Shown: piece after piece, positions 19,545-28,915 of the stretch
Layout of the letters: each line of letters begins with the position of its first letter
Numbering within the stretch: position 1 is the stretch's first letter
DNA from: Opitutales bacterium
Lineage (GTDB): Bacteria > Verrucomicrobiota > Verrucomicrobiia > Opitutales > UBA953
Length of the DNA: 64,000 bases
Reading direction: 5' to 3'
NCBI GenBank assembly: GCA_040398005.1
Contig: JBBAUX010000004.1
Location: 66,926 to 130,925, forward strand
The notes under the pieces: generated by a model
What the model was told of the DNA's origin: nothing
The model's input: only the letters and a program-made list of their open reading frames with translations
Databases searched by the model: none
Position numbers and translations under genes: made by a program

Positions 19545-21101
19545 ATGGCTCGAAAAATCGAAATCTATGACACCACACTCCGCGACGGATCGCAGGGGCT
19601 GGGGATTCATTTCTCGGTCGCTGATAAATTGCGCGTGGCGCAGGAGCTGGAACGTTTTGGCGTAACTTACATCGAGGGCGGCTGGCCGGGTTCCAATCCC
19701 CGCGATATCGAATTTTTTGCGGAAGCCCGAAAATTAAAATTTAAGAAAGCGAAACTCGCGGCGTTTGGATCTACTCGCAAAAAAGGTGTCCGTGCTGCTG
19801 AGGATAGTCAGGTTAAAGGCTTACTCGAAGTGCATACGCCCGTTGTCACCATTTACGGTAAGACATCGGCCTTACACGTTCGTGAAGTTTTACGCTGCAC
19901 GCCCGAAGAAAATTTAGCGATGATTGCGGATACTATCGCTTATTTAAAGTCGCACGGACGTGAAGTTGTTTACGATTGTGAACACGCCATAGACGGATGG
20001 AAGGAAGATCCTCAATACGTACTGGCTTGCTTTAAGGCGGCGGCGGATGCGGGGGCTTCACGCATTGTTTTATGCGATACTAACGGTGGATCGTTGCCTG
20101 ATGAAGTCGCCGCCTGCACACGCGCGGCGATGTCTGCCGTCAAAGCTGCGATAGGCATACACACGCACGATGACTCCGGATTGGCTTTGGCGAACGCTTT
20201 AGCCTCACTCGACGCAGGTGCGATGCATGTGCAAGGCACGATGAATGGTATCGGGGAACGTACGGGTAATTGTGATTTAACTGCGGTGATACCCGTGGCT
20301 CAAATCAAGCGCGGTTGGAGTTGTGTTCCCGTGAGTTCACTCCGTCGCCTCACAGAACTTTCTCGTTTTATCGATGGTGTGACTAATCAAGCGCCTGATC
20401 CTCGTCGCCCCTGGGTGGGTGCCGCTGCGTTTGCGCATAAAGGTGGAACGCACGTGGACGCCGTCAGAAAATTTTCTGCGGCCTATGAACACGTTGATCC
20501 TGCTACCGTTGGCAATGCGCGCGATGTTTTAGTGAGCGATCAATCGGGTCGCAGTAATTTACTCATGAAGGCTGCCGAGTTAGGAATCGAATTAGATAAA
20601 GATGCACCCTCCACCAAAGCTGCTTTAGAAGAGTTGAAGAAACTCGAACACCAAGGTTGGAGTTTTGAAGATGCGGATGCATCACTAGTTTTATTGCTCC
20701 GCCGTCATTTAGGTAAGACTGCAGTGGTGCCCTTTGAGGTCGTGAATTATAATGTATCAATCCAAGGCGGCAGTAAGTCGGCCTCGTGCGAGGCGACCAT
20801 CCGCATGCGCGTTGATGGTAAAGAGTCTTTGACCGTCGCGGATGGAGAAGGTCCCGTGCACGCTTTAGATCAAGCGTTACGTAAGGCCTTAGTTAAAGCA
20901 TTTCCCAAACTTAAAAAAGTTCATCTCGCAGATTACAAAGTTCGCGTACTCGCGGGCCAAGATGGCACCTCGGCGAAGACTCGCGTAGTCGTGCGCTCGA
21001 CCGATGGCAAAAAATCCTGGGGCACCGTGGGCGTCAGTGCTAATTTAGTTGAAGCTTCCCTGCGTGCGATTGTCGAAGGCTACGCACACGCTTTAGTTTA
21101 A
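19545..21101 (+). CDS. cimA: Citramalate synthase
   Basis: YDTTLRDGSQ, YIEGGWPGSNP, CEH, LCDTNGG, HTHDDSG, AHKGGTH, AYEHVDP, GPVHALD, SWGTVGVS. Confidence 0.85.
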   Translation: MARKIEIYDTTLRDGSQGLGIHFSVADKLRVAQELERFGVTYIEGGWPGSNPRDIEFFAEARKLKFKKAKLAAFGSTRKKGVRAAEDSQVKGLLEVHTPVVTIYGKTSALHVREVLRCTPEENLAMIADTIAYLKSHGREVVYDCEHAIDGWKEDPQYVLACFKAAADAGASRIVLCDTNGGSLPDEVAACTRAAMSAVKAAIGIHTHDDSGLALANALASLDAGAMHVQGTMNGIGERTGNCDLTAVIPVAQIKRGWSCVPVSSLRRLTELSRFIDGVTNQAPDPRRPWVGAAAFAHKGGTHVDAVRKFSAAYEHVDPATVGNARDVLVSDQSGRSNLLMKAAELGIELDKDAPSTKAALEELKKLEHQGWSFEDADASLVLLLRRHLGKTAVVPFEVVNYNVSIQGGSKSASCEATIRMRVDGKESLTVADGEGPVHALDQALRKALVKAFPKLKKVHLADYKVRVLAGQDGTSAKTRVVVRSTDGKKSWGTVGVSANLVEASLRAIVEGYAHALV

Positions 21102-21104
21102 TTC

Positions 21105-22175
21105 ATGAAGGCTTTATCTATTATTTTCCTGATGGTTTTAACTGTCTGTTCGCAGGCAGCTAATTCAGCAGAATCGATACGAGTGGTTTCACCGCGCCTT
21201 CAATTAGCGACCAAGTTGCAAATTCGGGATGTAAATCTCGATAAAATCATCGAGCCGAAACTAATTAATTGTTTGAAAGAACAAGATGCGCGCGCGGATC
21301 ATCCAGTGGACACCAAAAATTTCATTCAACGATTCAGCGATTTTTCTTTTCTAGGAGTAGATCGAAGCGAAAAATGTGATGTCTATATGCCCAGTGGTGA
21401 ATGGAAAAATAATCGTCCTGCCGTATTATTTATACACGGGGGTGGCTTTAAGGGAGGCGACAAGGCTGAGTTTCGTACTGCCAGTGTTTGTGCAGATTTA
21501 GCACGGGCAGGCTATGTTGCCGTCAGTTGTAATTATATTTTATCGACCAAGGAGAAGCCAGGGGCCTGGCCGCAGAATATTGCCGACTGTCGCGAGGCGG
21601 TGAGGTGGATGCGACAAAATGCTAGAGACTTGGGTATTAATCCACAACGCATCGCTGTCGCTGGTGGTTCGGCGGGAGGCTATTTAGCGCTGATGGTTGG
21701 GTTGACGGATGAAAAACCTGAACTGGGTGGTAACCCCAAGGCTACAATCTCCTCCAAAGTTTCTGCCGTCATTGATATGTATGGTGTAACCAGCAGTGGA
21801 AAATACGCGAAAGACATGCTCGTCAATTTCGGTGCCGACACCGACAAGCTCTTTAGTCCATTAAGCTATGTTACTAGCAAAAGCGTCCCGGTTTTAATCT
21901 TACACGGTAACGCCGATAAAACGGTGGATATTAAGCAGTCTAGAAATTTGGAAGAAGCGCTAATTAAAAATAAAGTAGATTACAATTTTGTAGAACTCGA
22001 AGAAGTTGAACACACGTTTGATCTTCAAGGCCGTGTGGGTTTACTTACCCCTCCTGGCGGGAAGGGATGGAAGCTCTCTGGAACTTTTAAAGGTCAGTCT
22101 GAATCACGCACGAGTAGTGACCCTGATGTTAAGGCTGTGGTGGTTGAGTTTTTAGAGCGTACCATCGGTAAATAA
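21105..22175 (+). CDS. Secreted alpha/beta hydrolase (esterase, HGGG type)
   Basis: FIHGGGF, GGSAGG nucleophile elbow, HGNADKTV, EH. Confidence 0.88.
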   Translation: MKALSIIFLMVLTVCSQAANSAESIRVVSPRLQLATKLQIRDVNLDKIIEPKLINCLKEQDARADHPVDTKNFIQRFSDFSFLGVDRSEKCDVYMPSGEWKNNRPAVLFIHGGGFKGGDKAEFRTASVCADLARAGYVAVSCNYILSTKEKPGAWPQNIADCREAVRWMRQNARDLGINPQRIAVAGGSAGGYLALMVGLTDEKPELGGNPKATISSKVSAVIDMYGVTSSGKYAKDMLVNFGADTDKLFSPLSYVTSKSVPVLILHGNADKTVDIKQSRNLEEALIKNKVDYNFVELEEVEHTFDLQGRVGLLTPPGGKGWKLSGTFKGQSESRTSSDPDVKAVVVEFLERTIGK

Positions 22176-22233
22176 TTTTAAAAATTCTTTACAATTTTGA
22201 AACCTAAGCGAAGGTTTGGGGTTCAACTGCTGT

Positions 22234-23376
22234 ATGAATTCACTGGTTTGTTTAGTTCTAATTAATTTTCTATGGGTCGCACCCTTGTTTGGGTACACTA
22301 AACAAGCAAATCCCGGTCCGTGGGGAGAGCTCGTTGTATCTAATATTTACTTAGAAGCGCCCGACTCAGTGATCGAAATTGCTGGCAAGCCCGACCCAGT
22401 GCCACGTTGGACTTTTCCAGGTTTATCGGCGAGCATGGTTAAGGACCTATTAATCCAATCGGGGGTCGATCTCGCTTTAGTTGAGCGTCTCACTTCATCG
22501 ACTCAATTAAATACCAGCGGTGCCGAGATTGTTGTTTATCCCAAGTTGGAAGACTTGTTGCAAATTAAGGGAGCCGTACGTGATAAACTTTATACAGAAA
22601 TTTCTAAGTATCTGCATAATGATTATTATACCGACCCAGTGTTTATTTTAGCAGGTGACGTCGAAGAATGGTTGGCCGAGGCTACCCTTAATGCCAATCA
22701 GAAGAACGTGGTTAGACAGTTAGTTTGGCACCGCGGAAATGCATTAGTGTTTAGCAATGTTGGTGTTTTACTCAGCTATGCTCAGAGTGGGGAAGAAATC
22801 AAAAATACCCTCCGAGCAATTACCCGTTGCATGTCCTTGGTGGTTAGTAAAAAATTCCCAATTAAAGAAGGGCAACGCGAAACATTCTTGCGTTATTGGA
22901 TTGGCAATCAGCCAGAGTCTCCACGGATGACTTTTATTAAGGCTGTCGCAAAAGAGAATGATCTTAACGATACGGTTGATATCATGCATTTCTTGCCAGT
23001 CATCATGCGGGAGAAACTTTATACATTTCCCACGCTGAGAGACGGCGTTAAAGGTCGTTTGCCCGATTGTCATTGGACCTCGCTCAACTTTTTTAATCTC
23101 ACCGCCCGCGATTATTATCGGAGCACTTCATTGGCAGCCATTCAGCTCACCCAGGCCTATAATCAAGTGTCTGGTCCTTATCAGTTTGGCGACGTCTTGT
23201 GCTATACCGATAATGGCGAAGGATTACATACCTGCGTTTATATTGCCGATAATATCGTACTCACTAAAAACGGGGAAAATATTTTAGCCCCTTGGGTCTT
23301 ACTCACCATTGAGGATGTTTCTAAGATCTATAAGCGCAGTCCGACCACTCAAATTCAGGCTTATCGCTTAAAGTAA
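22234..23376 (+). CDS. Exported hypothetical protein with a possible C-terminal NlpC/P60-like Cys-His domain
   Basis: Hydrophobic N-terminus; PDCHW...FGDVL...HTCVYI. Confidence 0.6.
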   Translation: MNSLVCLVLINFLWVAPLFGYTKQANPGPWGELVVSNIYLEAPDSVIEIAGKPDPVPRWTFPGLSASMVKDLLIQSGVDLALVERLTSSTQLNTSGAEIVVYPKLEDLLQIKGAVRDKLYTEISKYLHNDYYTDPVFILAGDVEEWLAEATLNANQKNVVRQLVWHRGNALVFSNVGVLLSYAQSGEEIKNTLRAITRCMSLVVSKKFPIKEGQRETFLRYWIGNQPESPRMTFIKAVAKENDLNDTVDIMHFLPVIMREKLYTFPTLRDGVKGRLPDCHWTSLNFFNLTARDYYRSTSLAAIQLTQAYNQVSGPYQFGDVLCYTDNGEGLHTCVYIADNIVLTKNGENILAPWVLLTIEDVSKIYKRSPTTQIQAYRLK

Positions 23377-23382
23377 ATCCGC

Positions 23383-23454
23383 TGTCCCCGACAGGAATCG
23401 AACCTGTATCCTCGGTTTAGGAAACCAATGTTCTATCCGTTGAACTACGGGAAC
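23383..23454 (-). tRNA. tRNA-Arg(CCT), CCA not encoded
   Basis: GTTCCCG/CGGGGAC acceptor stem, anticodon loop TTCCTAA, GGTTCGATTCC. Confidence 0.92.
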
Positions 23455-23539
23455 GCGGACTAGGTTTTTAGGGGGTTTATACCCGTCGGGCAAGCCCTCA
23501 TCATTTGACATTGAGCGAGAATTTCCCAATTCTTTTTCT

Positions 23540-24583
23540 ATGACCGCCTATTTGTCAGTCGCAAGTACCCCGATGTTAATCCCGGGTTGGGCTTGGGTGG
23601 GGTTCATCCTATTTATCTGCGCCATGTTGGCCTTGGACTTAGGCGTCTTCAGCCGTAAAGAAGAAGCCCCCACATTTAAAAAGGCGATTGCCTGGAGTAT
23701 CGTTTGGATTTCATTGGCTGCTGCCTTTTCTTTTTTACTTTCCTTCTGGCATGGATCCGAGACCGCTGAATTGTTTATCGGCGGATACATCTTGGAGTTG
23801 GCTCTCTCCGTAGATAATTTATTTATCTTCGTCTTGGTTTTTGCCCACTTTAAAATCCCCGCTCAATATCAGCACCGCGTTCTCTTTTGGGGAATTTTAG
23901 GAGCCGTCATCATGCGCGCTGTCTTTATTATTGTCGGCGTAGCGGCGGTGGATCGTTTCACGATACTCTTACCACTGTTCGGGTTATTTTTAGTGTTCAC
24001 TGGGTTTAAACTTGTTTTCACTAAAGACCAAGAGGAGGGCAAAGGGGTGGCTGAGGGATTCGTGGTCCGGATGATCAGAAAATTTGTACCCCTGACTCCT
24101 GAGCTCCACGGTAAGGCTTTTTATATTACCCAAAACGGCCGGAGATACTTTACGCCATTGTTCGTTGTCCTGATTATCGTGGAGTGTACGGACTTAATTT
24201 TTGCCATAGATTCAATTCCTGCTGTGCTCGGCATCCTGCCTCCTGATATGTCCGTGGAGGAACGTCGCTTCATTGCCTTCACGTCCAATATTTTCGCGAT
24301 CATGGGTCTACGCTCTCTGTATTTCGCCATCTCGGGCTTCATGGAGTACTTCCGTTTTCTCAAACCAGCGCTCGCCTTTATTTTAGTCTTTATCGGCGTA
24401 AAAATGATCCTTCCCTGGGCCGCTACTTTAAGTATGACGGAAGGACTGGTCACCAGCTGGATGCCTGCTTCCTTTATTACTGGTGGCAAGGTGCATATCC
24501 CAACCCAAGTTTCGTTAATGATTATAAGTATCGCCCTCGTCTTAGGAGTGGTGGCCTCAATCATTTTCCCCAAACGTAAATAA
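23540..24583 (+). CDS. TerC/Alx family metal homeostasis membrane protein
   Basis: ELALSVDNLFIF, QHRVLFWGILGA, DLIFAIDSIPAV, TSNIFAIMGLRSLYF. Confidence 0.92.
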   Translation: MTAYLSVASTPMLIPGWAWVGFILFICAMLALDLGVFSRKEEAPTFKKAIAWSIVWISLAAAFSFLLSFWHGSETAELFIGGYILELALSVDNLFIFVLVFAHFKIPAQYQHRVLFWGILGAVIMRAVFIIVGVAAVDRFTILLPLFGLFLVFTGFKLVFTKDQEEGKGVAEGFVVRMIRKFVPLTPELHGKAFYITQNGRRYFTPLFVVLIIVECTDLIFAIDSIPAVLGILPPDMSVEERRFIAFTSNIFAIMGLRSLYFAISGFMEYFRFLKPALAFILVFIGVKMILPWAATLSMTEGLVTSWMPASFITGGKVHIPTQVSLMIISIALVLGVVASIIFPKRK

Positions 24584-24630
24584 GTGAGTTTGGTATTTCC
24601 TCCGGCGGACCTCTGGCTCAGTCTATTCAC

Positions 24631-26433
24631 GTGTTCAGAGCCCGTTACAAAACCTACATTCCGCATCTCAAGGGCAGTCGTCGCCTGTTAGTTTTAGCAC
24701 TATTGTTTGGTGCCATTTACGCCTCAACCAATGCCATTGGATTGCCGTTTCTGGTCGGTAAGGTTCTCCCAACGATTTTTGGTGACGAAGTACAACGAGC
24801 GGCTCCACTCATCGTGCTGCCCAAGTGGATGGGCGGTGCATCGTATTACTTGCCTAAAGATTACGCCGTGACCTTCGCCGTCGCTTTTCTCCCAGCGATT
24901 TTTATCATACGTGGCGTTGCTGAATTCTGTTCTAGCTTTTTCCTAAATTTAGCCGGACTGCGCGTCGTTGAATCGGTGCGCCGAACGGTTTTCGAGAAAT
25001 TACAAAAAATGCATCTCGGCTTTTTCGGAAAAATCCCCGTCGGTGATTTGCTCCAAAGAGTGATTAATGATGCCAACTCTGTTCGGTTGATTCTAGTGGA
25101 TATTTCCAACGATATTTTAATTCAACCTCTCACGATGCTGTTTGCCGTGGGCTACGTCGTCTGGCTTTGTTTATCGAAGCCCAATGGCGTATTATTCTTA
25201 GCCTGCTTAGTCGTAGTTCCCTTTGCCGTCTTTTCGGTTCGAGCGATTGGTTTGGCTATTCAGAAGCGTGCCCGGAGCGGACTAACTTCGGCCTCTGATC
25301 TTAATTCTATCGCCGTAGAAAATCTTCAAGCGGCGCGTGATGTTCGGGCCTACGGACTGCAGGAGCGCGAGGCGTCCCGCTTTGCTAAGGCGAGTCATGA
25401 AGGTTTGCGTATCCAGGCTAAGTTGGTGCGTTATGAAAAAGTACTCTCACCGTTACTCGAAATTTCCGCAGCCTGTGGAATCGCTATTGCCATTGGGGTG
25501 GGTGCTTCCGTGGGCTTTAAATTCGAAGAACTCCTTTCCCTAATTACAGCTTTTTACATGGCTTATGGCCCGATTAAAAAAATCGGATTCGTCAGTAATC
25601 GTCTACACATGGCTGAACCGGGCTTAGTTCGTTTAGAAGAAATTATTAATGCTCCCATCGAGGTTGCCGATTCACCTCAAGCGCAGTCACTGGGTCGGGT
25701 GCGTGGCGAAATCGCCATGCAGGATTTATCTTTTGCTTACGGCAAGGAAACGGTTCTCAGCAATGTCACCATCACTATCCCCGCTGGACAGTCGGTAGCC
25801 TTGGTCGGACCGAGTGGCGCTGGAAAAAGCACATTCGTGAATCTCGTTCCACGATTTTTTGATCCACGCGAAGGACGCTTATTGGTCGACGGAGTCGATG
25901 TTCGCCAAGTAAAACAGGCCGATTTAAGGGCTAATATCGCACTCGTTTCACAAGAGCCGATTTTGTTTAACGAGACCATTGCGGAAAATATTCGAATCGG
26001 AAAAGCAGGCGCCACCGATGCCGAGATTCGCGAAGCGGCACACCTTGCGGGGGCCCTTGATTTCATTAATGCCCAACCTCAGGGCTTTGAAACGATGGTA
26101 GGGGAGCGTGGAGGTAGACTTTCGGGCGGACAGCGCCAACGCATTGCGATTGCGCGTGCATTTTTAAAGGATGCTCCGATTTTAATTTTAGATGAAGCGA
26201 CGTCGGCACTCGATACCGAAACAGAACGTAGCATCCAGCACTCACTTTCTCGCTTAATGACTGGTCGCACTACACTCATCGTCGCTCACCGTTTCAGTAC
26301 CATTCGCGACGTAGACCGAATTTTAGTTTTTGACGGCGGACGTATCGTAGCGGATGGCACACGCGAAGAAATTTATAAAACCAATGAACTTTTCCGCCGT
26401 CTCTGGGATAATCAGTCGCAAGGTTTAACTTAA
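24631..26433 (+). CDS. MsbA-like ABC exporter (fused permease-ATPase)
   Basis: TM domain plus GPSGAGKS, LSGGQRQR, LILDEATSALD, IVAHR; next to a GT9 gene. Confidence 0.85.
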   Translation: MFRARYKTYIPHLKGSRRLLVLALLFGAIYASTNAIGLPFLVGKVLPTIFGDEVQRAAPLIVLPKWMGGASYYLPKDYAVTFAVAFLPAIFIIRGVAEFCSSFFLNLAGLRVVESVRRTVFEKLQKMHLGFFGKIPVGDLLQRVINDANSVRLILVDISNDILIQPLTMLFAVGYVVWLCLSKPNGVLFLACLVVVPFAVFSVRAIGLAIQKRARSGLTSASDLNSIAVENLQAARDVRAYGLQEREASRFAKASHEGLRIQAKLVRYEKVLSPLLEISAACGIAIAIGVGASVGFKFEELLSLITAFYMAYGPIKKIGFVSNRLHMAEPGLVRLEEIINAPIEVADSPQAQSLGRVRGEIAMQDLSFAYGKETVLSNVTITIPAGQSVALVGPSGAGKSTFVNLVPRFFDPREGRLLVDGVDVRQVKQADLRANIALVSQEPILFNETIAENIRIGKAGATDAEIREAAHLAGALDFINAQPQGFETMVGERGGRLSGGQRQRIAIARAFLKDAPILILDEATSALDTETERSIQHSLSRLMTGRTTLIVAHRFSTIRDVDRILVFDGGRIVADGTREEIYKTNELFRRLWDNQSQGLT

Positions 26434-26435
26434 CG

Positions 26436-27443
26436 ATGCGCATTTTGATTTGTAAGTTTGCTGGCTTACGGGGTGCTCTCGCTATTTCCGCATCCCTCCG
26501 TGCCATTAAAGAAGTACATCCGGGGGCCAATGTTACCTACATCACCTTGCCTGGGGTCGAAATGGCGACTCAGGGTTGCCCGGTGATTACCGAAACCGTT
26601 AGCTATAATTTAAATAGTACAGTCTCGCAGTTTGCCGCTCTCGTCTCGCATCTTCGTCGGCAGGATTTTGACTACGCCATTGCGTTATCTTCTCACCGTA
26701 TGGCCCGGGCTCTCGTCGCTTGCAGTGGGGCCACGCGGAGAATTTGTGCAGGTAGAGCGCCATTTTATTTAGCACCTTTTTTTCATCAACAAGTCCGAGG
26801 ATTATTAGTCGATCCCCATGAAGCCGCCCGCGATCACGCTATCTTTTCTGAGATTTTTAATATCTCCGCCGAAGTGCCGCCGATGTGGTATGCTTCCTCG
26901 CGGATGGAATCACATGGCTTGCTCGTCGAACCTCAAAAATATTTAGTGATTCATCCCGGAGCTTCCCAGCCTTCGCAGGTTTTAGAAATCGATAAATGGG
27001 CGCAAGCAACGCGTGAATTATTATCAGCAGGTTTAATCGAACGCGTAGTGGTGTCCGCTGGCCCTGCTTCTGAAGAACGCATTATGGCCGAGGCGTTGTG
27101 TGGATTAATCGGCCCCGCCGCCTCTTCCACCCGCGGTCAACTCACCTTAGCTCAACTTGCTCTATTACTCAAAGAGGCTCGATTATTCATGGGTACGGAT
27201 TCAGCGATTTTACAATTAGCCTCGGCGGTGAAAGTCCCTGTTTTAGGAGTTTATGGCCCCTCTCACTATAATCGTTCGCGACCTTGGGGCACCTTAAGTC
27301 GTTCGGTGCGAATTGATACTACCATGTTCGAGGGCGAAGACTTAAATGATTATAATGCACGTATGAATCGTGCGATGGGGCGGATCACTGCTCAGCAAAT
27401 TTTTCGGGCAGCCGAGGATTTATTAAGAATTAGTAAGGCCTAA
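26436..27443 (+). CDS. Glycosyltransferase family 9 (heptosyltransferase-like), degenerate
   Basis: MRILICK, VIHPGAS, LTLAQLALLL, GTDS..QLASAV.VP.LGVYGPS. Confidence 0.75.
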   Translation: MRILICKFAGLRGALAISASLRAIKEVHPGANVTYITLPGVEMATQGCPVITETVSYNLNSTVSQFAALVSHLRRQDFDYAIALSSHRMARALVACSGATRRICAGRAPFYLAPFFHQQVRGLLVDPHEAARDHAIFSEIFNISAEVPPMWYASSRMESHGLLVEPQKYLVIHPGASQPSQVLEIDKWAQATRELLSAGLIERVVVSAGPASEERIMAEALCGLIGPAASSTRGQLTLAQLALLLKEARLFMGTDSAILQLASAVKVPVLGVYGPSHYNRSRPWGTLSRSVRIDTTMFEGEDLNDYNARMNRAMGRITAQQIFRAAEDLLRISKA

Positions 27444-27490
27444 GCAAAGGTGTCGCTTGACCCTTGGCTGGGCTTTTCAAATGTAAAAGC

Positions 27491-28912
27491 GTGGATTCCA
27501 CCCCCGTTCATTACGACGCTGTTATTATTGGTGCAGGAATGTCAGGCCTCGCCGCTGCGGTACGCTTAAGCATGTTCGGTCAAAAGGTTTTATTATTAGA
27601 AAAACATAATTCCGCGGGCGGACTGAACTCCTTTTACGCGCGCGGTAATCGCAAATACGACGTGGGCTTGCACGCCCTGACTAATTGGGTGCCCGAAGGG
27701 GCCAAGGGTACACCACTCACCAAGTTAATGCGTCAGCTCAGAATTAAACGCGAAGAACTAGATCTTTGTCCACAGCTTGGTTCGCTCATCAAAATGGGCG
27801 GTAAACAATTGCGGGTGAATAATCATTTTCCGGATTTAATGGACGACGTGGCCCAGGCCTTTCCTCGGGCCATCGACCAATTTCGCGAATTAGATAATTT
27901 CATTTCTAATATCGATGAAGCTGCGTTAGACGCAAACGGCGGTTCCGCCCGTGCGTTATTGAACGAAAAGATTTCGGATCCGCTATTACGAGACATGCTT
28001 CTTCTGCCCACTTGTTTTTATGGGAGTGCTTTGGAAAACGATATCGAAGTCTCCCAGTTCGCTATCATGTGGCGCTCGCTTTTTAAAGAAGGTTTTGCCC
28101 GACCTTTTATCGGCGTAAGACAAGTCATCCGCCTGCTCTTGGATCGTTGTCGGGAACACCAAGTGGACCGTCGCATGAAATGCGGAGTGAAACAGATTGT
28201 GGTTCGTGGCTCCCGCGCCACGGCTTTGATTTTAGATGACGGCACTGAAGTTACCACGAACAAAATTTATTCATCCGCTGGGGCGGTTGAGACGCAGCGT
28301 ATGAGATCCGATTGCTCCCCGCAAGTGGCGCAAGGCGAGATTGGTCGATTGGGCTATCTCGAAACTATTTTCACCTATCAGCCAGAAGAGTTTTCTAAAT
28401 TTAATTGGAAAGAGACGATTATCTTTTTCTGTGACGAAGAGTGTTTTAATTATCAATCGCCCAAGGGCTTGGTCGATCCGAAGTCGGGCGTTATCTGCAT
28501 TCCCAATAATTATAATTACGGCAGTGAGAGAAGCTTAGATGAAGGGTGGTTGCGCGTTACGGCTTTGGCGAATCATGATGGATGGTGTCGCTTGCCCGAA
28601 GAGGAATATTTGGCTCAAAAAACTGAATGGTTGAATCAGCTCAATCGGGTCGCCCGTAATCATCTTCCGTCGATATCAGATGCCGTGCACGATGCGGCGC
28701 TGACTTCGAGCGATGTGTTCACGCCGCGTACGGTGCGCAAGTTTACGGGTCACCTCAACGGAGCTATTTATGGATCGCCGGTTAAACGTCGCGATGGGCG
28801 GACGGATTTAGAAAACCTTTTTATTATTGGAACGGACCAAGGTTTTCTTGGCGTGACGGGAGCCATGCTTTCAGGTATTTCTATGGCCAACTTACACGGC
28901 CTCAAAGAATAA
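27491..28912 (+). CDS. Phytoene desaturase-family FAD/NAD(P)-dependent oxidoreductase (paralog 2)
   Basis: IIGAGMSGL, LLEKH..GGLNS, FTPRT, GAIYG, GTDQGFLG; start taken at GTG 27491. Confidence 0.8.
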   Translation: MDSTPVHYDAVIIGAGMSGLAAAVRLSMFGQKVLLLEKHNSAGGLNSFYARGNRKYDVGLHALTNWVPEGAKGTPLTKLMRQLRIKREELDLCPQLGSLIKMGGKQLRVNNHFPDLMDDVAQAFPRAIDQFRELDNFISNIDEAALDANGGSARALLNEKISDPLLRDMLLLPTCFYGSALENDIEVSQFAIMWRSLFKEGFARPFIGVRQVIRLLLDRCREHQVDRRMKCGVKQIVVRGSRATALILDDGTEVTTNKIYSSAGAVETQRMRSDCSPQVAQGEIGRLGYLETIFTYQPEEFSKFNWKETIIFFCDEECFNYQSPKGLVDPKSGVICIPNNYNYGSERSLDEGWLRVTALANHDGWCRLPEEEYLAQKTEWLNQLNRVARNHLPSISDAVHDAALTSSDVFTPRTVRKFTGHLNGAIYGSPVKRRDGRTDLENLFIIGTDQGFLGVTGAMLSGISMANLHGLKE

Positions 28913-28915
28913 TTT

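Noticed and set aside
19545..21101. LeuA (isopropylmalate synthase) assignment
   Set aside because: The GGWPGSNP, EH and AHKGG.H motifs and the Ile-run leader favour CimA.
23455..23540. yybP-ykoY (Mn) riboswitch expected before a TerC/Alx gene
   Set aside because: Only about 85 nt are shared with the divergent tRNA promoter, and TTGACA is 35 nt from the ATG, so there is no room or motif.
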